From Desulfosudaceae bacterium (GTDB lineage: Bacteria > Desulfobacterota > Desulfobacteria > Desulfobacterales > Desulfosudaceae), in assembly GCA_963674745.2 (NCBI GenBank), contig CAXXDV010000001.1:960001-1024000 (forward strand): a stretch of 64,000 nucleotides of DNA. Reading direction: 5' to 3'. A model generated the notes under the pieces. That model did not search any database and was not told the origin of the DNA. It worked only from the letters and a program-made list of their open reading frames with translations. Each line of letters opens with the position of its first letter. The first letter of the stretch is position 1. Positions 56,696 to 64,000 of the stretch are shown here, one piece after another. The translations under genes and the position numbers were made by a program.

Positions 56696-59674
56696 TCAGT
56701 GAAGCAGGCTGTCGATAAAACAATTACTGTGAGAATGATGCGAATCATTATTGCCGTCGATTGTAAATTCGGCCATGACCGTTATATCTGCTTCGGGCAT
56801 GGTCAGCGTGGTGTCAGCCAGACCGGTATAGAGCATCCAGCCGGTCTGCCCGGTCCAGGTTTCAAAGTCAAGTCCCTCCGGAACCGAAGCTGAAATAGCA
56901 ACCTCAGTACCCGGCAGGTAGTTCCCGCTGCCTGAGCCGCCGGAAACGGTCAGCGTGTATTCGTCTGTCCCCTGGTCCTTGTAGGTCGCTGTCAGCATTG
57001 TCGGAGCGGCCGGCATATAGAGGTAAGTTGCCGGCAGATTAATATTGGCCAGATTGTTCGTGTCACCGGTCCACTGATCGAATATCTGACCCGCCGGAGG
57101 GGTGTCCGCAACCGGATTGATTATCGTCCCCGGCAGGTAGTCGCCGCTGCCGGAGCCGTCAATGACCGTTAATGGATAAGCCTGATCTCCACGGGCCTTG
57201 TATGTAGCCGTGACAGTGATATCTGACGAGGGCATGACCAGGGTTGTCGCCGGAAGATTCGAATTGGTCACATATCCCGAAGCACCGGTCCATCGATCAA
57301 AAATCAAGCCGTCAGCCGGTTCATCCGCAAAAATATTGACGACCATGCCGGGCAGGTAGTTGCCATCGCCATCGCCCTTTTGCACGGACAGAAGATAGGT
57401 GTCGCCCCCCTGGTTCTTGTAAGTGGCCGTAACAGTCACCGGTTCGTCCGGCATGCGCACGAAGGCGTTGGGCAGATAAATACCGGAGACCGCTTCCTGA
57501 TCGCCGGCCCATTGATCAAAAATCAGGCCGTCCGAAGGGAGATCGGCGGCGATGGTGACAACGTGTCCGGCCGCGTAATTGCCCGAACCTATACCGTTGT
57601 GAACGGTCAGGGGATAGCTTGAAATCGGAGTTGCTTCAAATTCGGCCGTTACCGAAATATCGCCGGTTACATTTGCGTCCAGGCGGGGGTTGTCGGTTTT
57701 ACCGTCGCTCCATTGCATAAAATGGTATCCCTCCGCCGGCAGTGCCGTAACCTGCTGGCCGTTAAAGCCATAGGCTACGGACTGGGGGGTAGGCCCTTGA
57801 ATCGACCCGCCGGTTCCGGCGGTATAGGTCAACGTGTAAGAGTTGATAACGAATTCAGCCGTGACCATGATATTGCCGATCACGTTGGTGTCCGTGCGGG
57901 TAGTGGTCGTGACGCCGTCGCTCCACTGCGAAAAAGAGTACCCCGCTTCGGGCAGGGCGGTTACCTGCGCGCCGTTAAAGCCGAAGGCCACGGTCTGGGA
58001 ACCTGGCCCTTGAATCGATCCGCCGGTGCCGGCGATATAGGTCAAGGTGTAGAAGTTGCGGACGAAATTGGCCGAGATCGTGGCCGAACCGGTGAGGGTT
58101 ACGTTGGTTGACGCCCCGGCCGCGTTGCCGAAGACCGCATTTCCTGTCGGGGCGGCCGTCCAGTTGACGAAGTTGTAGCCCGCGGCGGCCGTGGCCGTTA
58201 TGTTCACAGGCACACCGGCATCCACGTTGGTGTCCGACCCCTCAGCGGGCGTCGTCGTGCCCCCCCCAACCGGTGTCAGGGCCATGGTCAGAACAGCATC
58301 GGTTGTGAACGCCACCTGGTCCCCATAACCGGTCCCGGCCGTATTTGTCGCATAAGCCCTGACATAGTAAGTGGTGCCGAGCGTAAGACCGGTCATTCCG
58401 GAAGTGAAAGAACCGGTAGCGGCTATCGCCCCCTCATCGGTACAGCTGTCAGCTGTTGTCGGCGTGCCGCCGGTGTTCCAGCAGACACCATACGCCGTCG
58501 GGTTTGAATAACCAAGATCCGAGATGGTTCCGTTGCCGGTGGCCGTGGTTGTGTTAATACCGGTCACCGCCTGGGTGGTCACAATCGGGGCCTGCACACT
58601 GGCAAAAACCTTGCCCCCGTCTCCATCTGAGTTCGCAACCCCCGCAAAAAGGCTTGATCCGTCTGCCGCGAGCGAATGCACCGCTTCATTTGTTGTGTCG
58701 CCGAAGCCATTATCGTTCACCTGGTCCCAGGTAGTCCCATCATATTCCCAGACCTGACCGCCGCTGGGAACGCCGGAGTCATTGCCGGTCCCGACGTACA
58801 GCTTTCCCTGGAACACGGTCATGCACCGTGCGGCGTCATACTGCATGGACGCGCCCGGGTCATTTCGGGTGAAGGCAGCCCCATCATACTCCCAGACCTG
58901 GCAGGAGGTGCTCCAACCGGAGCCGCCGATAAAAAGCTTGCCGTCGTATGCCGCCAGGCTGCGGAATTCCACAAAATTGCCGCCAAAGCCGCCGCTGGCC
59001 ACCAGCGTCCAGTCGGATGTCGTCGGGCCGTCATAGCGGTAGAGATTGGCATTGTCGGTGGTGTTATACACACCCGCGTACACCTTCCCGCCGTACACAG
59101 CCAGGCTCCGGACTTGCTGGTTATCACTGTCTCCGAATCCGTTCTCGTTTATCTGGGTCCAGGTACTCCCATCATAGGTAAACACGCCTGCCTGAAAGCT
59201 GGTTCCGAGGTAAAGGATATTGTCATGGACGACCATGGAACCGGCCCAGGTATTGGCACTGTCACCCAACCCGCCGCCGGCCACCCGCGTCCAGGAGGAC
59301 CCGTCGTACTTCCAGACTTCGAAACCGGCGGTATTGTTTGCTGTTCCGACATAAAGACAATCGTTGTAGACCGCCATGGCGTGCGCGCCCCGGTTATTGG
59401 CGCTGCCGAAACCGTTGGTATTGATCTGCGTCCAGTCGCCGGTGCCGGAGCCGTCACATCGCCAGACGCCGCACCCGTCGGGGTTATTCCAGGTGCCGAC
59501 GTAGAGTTTGCCGCCGTAAACGGCCATGGAAAAGGCGCTGAAATTGTTGGTATTACCGAACCCGTCCGTGTTGATCTGGGCCCAGTTCGTCCATTGGGCC
59601 CCGCAAACGGCCGGCAGGACCAGTGACAACATGAAAAAAACAGCGCCATGGAAGAAAGATTTTAAAGACCGCAT
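56696..59674 (-). CDS. Large secreted surface protein: beta-propeller, Fn3-like module, InlB-B-like repeats, C-terminal CFI motif
   Basis: Signal peptide after ATG 59674 (SD AAGGAG); repeated WTQIN..GFG blades; TTYYVRAYATN..GTGYG; repeated GY.F..W and LTV..GSG.GNY units; ends NCFIDSLLH. Confidence 0.85.
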   Translation of the reverse strand: MRSLKSFFHGAVFFMLSLVLPAVCGAQWTNWAQINTDGFGNTNNFSAFSMAVYGGKLYVGTWNNPDGCGVWRCDGSGTGDWTQINTNGFGSANNRGAHAMAVYNDCLYVGTANNTAGFEVWKYDGSSWTRVAGGGLGDSANTWAGSMVVHDNILYLGTSFQAGVFTYDGSTWTQINENGFGDSDNQQVRSLAVYGGKVYAGVYNTTDNANLYRYDGPTTSDWTLVASGGFGGNFVEFRSLAAYDGKLFIGGSGWSTSCQVWEYDGAAFTRNDPGASMQYDAARCMTVFQGKLYVGTGNDSGVPSGGQVWEYDGTTWDQVNDNGFGDTTNEAVHSLAADGSSLFAGVANSDGDGGKVFASVQAPIVTTQAVTGINTTTATGNGTISDLGYSNPTAYGVCWNTGGTPTTADSCTDEGAIAATGSFTSGMTGLTLGTTYYVRAYATNTAGTGYGDQVAFTTDAVLTMALTPVGGGTTTPAEGSDTNVDAGVPVNITATAAAGYNFVNWTAAPTGNAVFGNAAGASTNVTLTGSATISANFVRNFYTLTYIAGTGGSIQGPGSQTVAFGFNGAQVTALPEAGYSFSQWSDGVTTTTRTDTNVIGNIMVTAEFVINSYTLTYTAGTGGSIQGPTPQSVAYGFNGQQVTALPAEGYHFMQWSDGKTDNPRLDANVTGDISVTAEFEATPISSYPLTVHNGIGSGNYAAGHVVTIAADLPSDGLIFDQWAGDQEAVSGIYLPNAFVRMPDEPVTVTATYKNQGGDTYLLSVQKGDGDGNYLPGMVVNIFADEPADGLIFDRWTGASGYVTNSNLPATTLVMPSSDITVTATYKARGDQAYPLTVIDGSGSGDYLPGTIINPVADTPPAGQIFDQWTGDTNNLANINLPATYLYMPAAPTMLTATYKDQGTDEYTLTVSGGSGSGNYLPGTEVAISASVPEGLDFETWTGQTGWMLYTGLADTTLTMPEADITVMAEFTIDGNNDSHHSHSNCFIDSLLH

Positions 59675-59998
59675 ATCGCCGACTCCTTTTATCAATTAAT
59701 AACAAAAAAGGGCCACAGCCAGCCTCAACGCCGGTAATGGGGAGAGTCATCAGCAATGGTGGTGGACAGTGAGGTACTTTTATGGATATCCTCTAACAAA
59801 ACAATGGATTATGTCAACCGTTTTCCGGATGCAAACGCCCTGACCACATTTGTCCTGTGCAATATAAACTGGTACCGCTCATAAAAAAGGCGCCTACGGG
59901 CCAAAAGTATATCGTCAATGCCTCGGCCATGGAGGGCAAGTTCTTGAAGGATTATTTCCCTATCGGCTGATGAGGGGATATAAACCAAAGGCCGTATT

Positions 59999-60421
59999 TC
60001 AACACTTCATAATCAGCTCAATCGCCCGCTGGTACTTTACCATTCGTTCCTGGTCCGGCCTGGTCGGATTGGCGATTCTGGACGAATCGATGTTGTCCTC
60101 CAGGTCGGCGAGCTTAACCCGCCGGCCTATGGGGTTGGCCGCCGCCCGCACGATAAATTGGTTATACGTTTCTCCTTTTCGCTTGGTTACGGCATCAACG
60201 GCCGCGACGATGGCTCTCGTAAACCCTTCCCGCCGGATATCATCGAGCCTCAGATCACTGTCCTCAATCACATCATGCAATACAGCCGTTATCTGCTCCT
60301 CCTCAGAAGAGAGCTTCAGCATCACCCGGAGCGGATGAAGGATATATGGGGCTCCGGCTTTATCTTTTTTACCCGCATGGGCTCTGGCGGCTATTTCAAT
60401 CGCCCGTTCAAGAGTAGACAT
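59999..60421 (-). CDS. Small HD-domain protein (RelA/SpoT-hydrolase-like)
   Basis: AH..DKAGAPYILHPLRV, AVLHDVIED, VKLADLEDN. Confidence 0.9.
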   Translation of the reverse strand: MSTLERAIEIAARAHAGKKDKAGAPYILHPLRVMLKLSSEEEQITAVLHDVIEDSDLRLDDIRREGFTRAIVAAVDAVTKRKGETYNQFIVRAAANPIGRRVKLADLEDNIDSSRIANPTRPDQERMVKYQRAIELIMKC

Positions 60422-60507
60422 TGGTGGTTATCCTTTCAGCCGGTAGGGCGTCAGTTTTTGCTCTATTAAAATTTCAGAGACAACAGTATATTGACTGCGT
60501 TCTTTAA

Positions 60508-60891
60508 TCAATGGGGTTTATTTATTATCATCCGGATCAAGACCACTTCCGTAAAGATCAGGATTATCCAGGAAACGCTGATAGCCACCAGATCCAGCCC
60601 TTTAGGTTTGCTGCCCATGGGCCAAACCATCATCAGTAAGATCAGGAATGTCCAGAAAAGGAAGGCAATTCCGTTGTAGATCGCTGCCAGATATTTTGTA
60701 ACACTGCCCCATCGTTTAAACAAACCGAGCAGGTTCAGCACCGGGCAACCGAGCAAGATTGCCAGCCATATAACGGCCCTGAGGTTATTAATGTCCGCCG
60801 AGTCGTCGATAAATTTGTAAATGATCCCAACCACCAGCAGAGCATTCATGGTCATTGCCGTCACGCTTAAGGACAGATCAAACCCGGGCAT
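60508..60891 (-). CDS. 4-TM hypothetical membrane protein
   Basis: Four hydrophobic segments; SD GGGAG. Confidence 0.65.
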   Translation of the reverse strand: MPGFDLSLSVTAMTMNALLVVGIIYKFIDDSADINNLRAVIWLAILLGCPVLNLLGLFKRWGSVTKYLAAIYNGIAFLFWTFLILLMMVWPMGSKPKGLDLVAISVSWIILIFTEVVLIRMIINKPH

Positions 60892-61124
60892 GGCGATCTC
60901 CCGTTCATAATGAATTTCTTTAATTTTTGGATAAGAATCTGTTTTTCAACCATAATCTATATCAAGACCGGCCTTTTGTGTCAATATCCCCGTGACCACC
61001 ATATAACGTACACCTTTCGGGGACAGCTTACCCAATTTTTGATATCAGTGGACGAATTAAGCGAGGCACCCCCAACATTTTTACAAAACAGGATTGACAT
61101 TCCTGTTTTGCGGCGGACAGTCTG

Positions 61125-61787
61125 TTGTTTGCCGGAACCTATCCGGTTTTTTATGATCGACAGGTGGCCGCCCCGGATTATTATCCGTCTTATATTCAGA
61201 CGTATATCGAACGCGATGTCCGGAGCATCAAAAACATCGGCGATCTGGCCGCGTTTCAGCGATTTGTAAGACTGTGCGCGGGCCGGACAGGCCAACTGCT
61301 GAATCTTTCCAGCCTGGGAGATGAACTGGGCATCAACTATAAGACGGTCAGCTCCTGGATTTCCATACTGGAGGCCAGCTTTATTGTATTCCTCCTGAAA
61401 CCCCATCATAAAAATTTCAACAAGCGTGTTGTCAAACAACCCAAGCTCTATTTTTTTGATACCGGGTTGCTGTGCTCCCTTCTGGGTATTGAATCCGCTG
61501 ATCAGTTACGGTCTCACTATCTGAGAGGCAATATATTTGAAACATTTATTGTGGCCGAACACATCAAACAGCGGTTTCATGCCGGGGGGAGATCGAATGC
61601 CTTTTTCTGGCGGGACAACACCGGGCATGAGGTGGATATGCTGATAGAAGAAGGAGACACCTTCCGCGCGGTTGAGATTAAATCCGGAGAAACCCTTGCC
61701 CCTGATTTTTTCAAAGGGTTAAACTTTTTCAGAAAGATATCCGGCCAGGTTATCGGCTGGAAGGATATGGGGCGGATATTCTCATGA
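61125..61787 (+). pseudogene. C-terminal remnant of an AAA+ ATPase/DUF4143 protein
   Basis: YIQTYIERDVR, RLCAGRTGQLLN, KRVVKQPKLYFFDTGL, GNIFE, FWRD..GHEVD..EIKS; no Walker A/B domain, no good start, shortened C-terminus. Confidence 0.7.
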
Positions 61788-61878
61788 TGTCTGCCCGGTC
61801 TTTTGCCGCCCTTCCATTTTCGGCTTTTAAAATGAGTTGTTGAATTATTTATGGCCGGCGCCTATTACTTTTCTCGAA

Positions 61879-62811
61879 TCAGCTGAAAAAGGCTTTTACC
61901 TTCTCCTTGTTTGTATCATACCAGCTTTCGCCCAGCTCTTTTAAATTCTTTATATTTCCACATGTAACGCTATCCATATCGTCATCCACACCTGTTAACG
62001 GACCGTTTACACGTAAGTAGTTTTTGCCCAGAATCTGCGTGACCTGATATTCGGATGTGGATGAACTACCGGCAAACAGATGGTCAATCAACCCATGCCT
62101 AAGCCATCCAATGCCGCCCCACTTCTGGGACGCTTTGCCTGTTTCTGCCGGGTGATCCTGTTCCCTGGTGGGAATGCCGGTTCCTATGGAAAGAATTTTA
62201 ATGTTGTCGTAAGAAAATTTTTTCTTTATGGATTCCGCCAAAGCACACATACAAGGATCATTGGCCGCAATACCACCATCGATTAGCCATCTTGCAGGTG
62301 TATCAGATGTTTTTACTGTCGGGAAATAGGTAGGCGCGGCACTGGTGGCATCGGCTATTTCCCAGAGGAACGGATTGTTCTTGGCAGCAGAGCCGCCAAA
62401 GCTTTTGAAGACAACAATATGGCGTTGGATAATATCATAAGCGGTAATGAGAACATCTTTTTTAACCGTGTTCAGTTTTTTCTGGCCGAACACCTTTTTC
62501 AAAATCTTTTTTTTGCCTTTACCATCATACCGGGGTTCATTCTCCACGGGCAGCATCTTATCCCAGATGGATTTATCCATGATGACTCGCGCGTTTTCAT
62601 GGGAATAAAGATCGAGGCACTCCTGCCCGGACGCCTTATTGGAAGACAGATGAAGGGCAATGAGGCCGCCGGTGCTCGTGCCGGCGAACATGTCAAAAGC
62701 GTCATAAAGACTTCGGTCAAGATCTTTTTCAAGACAGGCCAGAAAACTGGCTTCAATCACACCTCTGATACCGCCGCCGTCCAATGATAATATTGTACAA
62801 GTCTCTGTCAT
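61879..62811 (-). CDS. Patatin-like phospholipase
   Basis: ILSLDGGGIRG, GTSTGG, ATSAAPTYF, IDGGIAANDP, ILSIGTG; SD AAGGAGG. Confidence 0.92.
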   Translation of the reverse strand: MTETCTILSLDGGGIRGVIEASFLACLEKDLDRSLYDAFDMFAGTSTGGLIALHLSSNKASGQECLDLYSHENARVIMDKSIWDKMLPVENEPRYDGKGKKKILKKVFGQKKLNTVKKDVLITAYDIIQRHIVVFKSFGGSAAKNNPFLWEIADATSAAPTYFPTVKTSDTPARWLIDGGIAANDPCMCALAESIKKKFSYDNIKILSIGTGIPTREQDHPAETGKASQKWGGIGWLRHGLIDHLFAGSSSTSEYQVTQILGKNYLRVNGPLTGVDDDMDSVTCGNIKNLKELGESWYDTNKEKVKAFFS

Positions 62812-63181
62812 TTCTTAATCCTCCTTGATTTTTGATGTTATCCTCTTGTATCCCTTTGGGGTCGTTCGTATATCGGAATTGCGGAGACAATAAACAAACA
62901 TTCCCTCCCCGGATTCCTGCTGCTTCCTTTTTTAAAAATAAGGCTTAAAACGCACTTTCAGGGTAGAAAAAGGACCTCCTAAGCCTTATTTCACGGTCAT
63001 TTTGGCTGTTTTTGCCTTTCTAGCTCAAGGTGTTATTTTGGTCCGACTTCGGCGCCGATTATTTAAAGACGGCCCCTATTTTTCTCCTTAGGCATTATCT
63101 TCAATTTCATTGCAGTTCACAATGATTTCTAAGCATATTTTTCATATTATAGTAGCAATTTACTGGCCATATAATTTTAAG

Positions 63182-63208
63182 TTGACATATATACTTTAAT
63201 GGTATATT
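63182..63208 (+). promoter_or_regulatory. Putative promoter/auto-operator of the repressor gene
   Basis: TTGACA at 63182; TG-G-TATATT extended -10; inverted repeat ATATAC-N7-GTATAT. Confidence 0.4.
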
Positions 63209-63242
63209 AAAAACAATATATATAAACCTATTATTTATAAAT

Positions 63243-63893
63243 ATGAATCAAATCGATTTTAATTCTTTTTACACACGACTTGAAAAAGAAAAGCTTATTT
63301 CCTCCCAAAAGGAGTTGGCTTCAATATTGGGACTGAATAACTCCGCAATAAGTCAGGCAAAAACAAGGAATTCCATACCACTTGGGTGGGTCGTCGTTCT
63401 TTCTGAAAAATTGGACCTGAATCCTCAATGGATTAAAACCGGAGTTGGAAAAAAAGATCTCCGTGATTTGAGTGACGAAAATGACTTTGAGGCTGTTCCA
63501 AAAGTGAAAGCAAGGCTGTCTGCCGGTGGCGGTTCTTTTGATGTAAAGTCTGATATCGAAGGATTCTATTCTTTTCAGAAAAAATGGTTAAGACAAAAGG
63601 GCCGCTCGCAAAAAATGGTTTTAGTGGATATTGTTGGCAATAGCATGGAACCAGAGCTAAAAAATGGGGACACTGTTCTTGTTGATCAGTCTCAAAATGA
63701 AATCCTGGCTGGCGCCATATATGCTGTTGGTATTGACGATATTATAATGGTTAAGAGAATAGAGAAGCTACCTGATACGCTTGTTTTACGTAGCGAGAAT
63801 AAAGACTACCCGCCAACGCATTTACATGGGGAAGAAGTGAATCGTGTACGAATATTGGGGAAAGTGATATGGGTGTGCAGAGAAATCAATTAA
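63243..63893 (+). CDS. CI/LexA-like repressor (HTH + S24 autopeptidase)
   Basis: SQKELASILGL..SAISQAK HTH; cleavage site LSAGGG; catalytic GNSMEP and MVKR. Confidence 0.92.
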   Translation: MNQIDFNSFYTRLEKEKLISSQKELASILGLNNSAISQAKTRNSIPLGWVVVLSEKLDLNPQWIKTGVGKKDLRDLSDENDFEAVPKVKARLSAGGGSFDVKSDIEGFYSFQKKWLRQKGRSQKMVLVDIVGNSMEPELKNGDTVLVDQSQNEILAGAIYAVGIDDIIMVKRIEKLPDTLVLRSENKDYPPTHLHGEEVNRVRILGKVIWVCREIN

Positions 63894-64000
63894 CGCCCTT
63901 TTTCGTTTTAGCATACCAGCTGCCATCGGGGTAAGGGGTATGGTTTTGGCCTACACTGAATATGTTAATGATGTGACTTTTTTATGCTACTAACCACATT

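Noticed and set aside
61879..63893. Complete CBASS system or prophage
   Set aside because: No CD-NTase, cap2/cap3, integrase or phage structural genes are present in the window.
1..64000. CRISPR array, tRNA/rRNA, or selenocysteine read-through
   Set aside because: I saw no regularly spaced direct repeats or structural RNA signatures, and TGA-terminated ORFs end at plausible domain boundaries. This was checked by eye only.

Overview
Gene-dense, GC-rich chromosomal window whose gene content (many 4Fe-4S proteins, DUF362/DUF3786/DUF2284 proteins, B12-radical SAM, acyl-CoA enzymes, hybrid PAS kinases, a delta-type GEMM riboswitch) points to an anaerobic Desulfobacterota/deltaproteobacterium that handles lipid-like substrates. 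The taxonomy is inferred. I found about 50 CDSs and no rRNA, tRNA, CRISPR array or intact transposase. Main points: (1) a GAF-GGDEF protein carrying the Hypr Asp->Ser signature (candidate 3',3'-cGAMP synthase) lies about 1.7 kb from an atypical GEMM-I cyclic-dinucleotide riboswitch with its own promoter and terminator, which sits upstream of a sulfotransferase and an alpha/beta-hydrolase; (2) a tandem acyl-CoA dehydrogenase pair has lost complementary halves of the FAD site, suggesting an obligate heteromer; (3) an AttH/CrtC-like gene, an RPH/PigC-architecture dikinase and a catalytically degenerate copy of its ATP-grasp domain form an apparent operon; (4) a photo-oxidative-stress/furan-fatty-acid-like cluster (COG2907 oxidoreductase, DUF1365-Cfa fusion, chalcone isomerase, MFS, SRPBCC-SDR) is joined to uvsE in an apparent anaerobe; (5) an orphan DctP has a tandemly duplicated N-terminal domain and a MITE-like element in its leader. 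The right end is AT-richer and carries an ATPase remnant, a patatin and a CI/LexA-like repressor. All family calls come from motif recognition by eye; no database searches were run.
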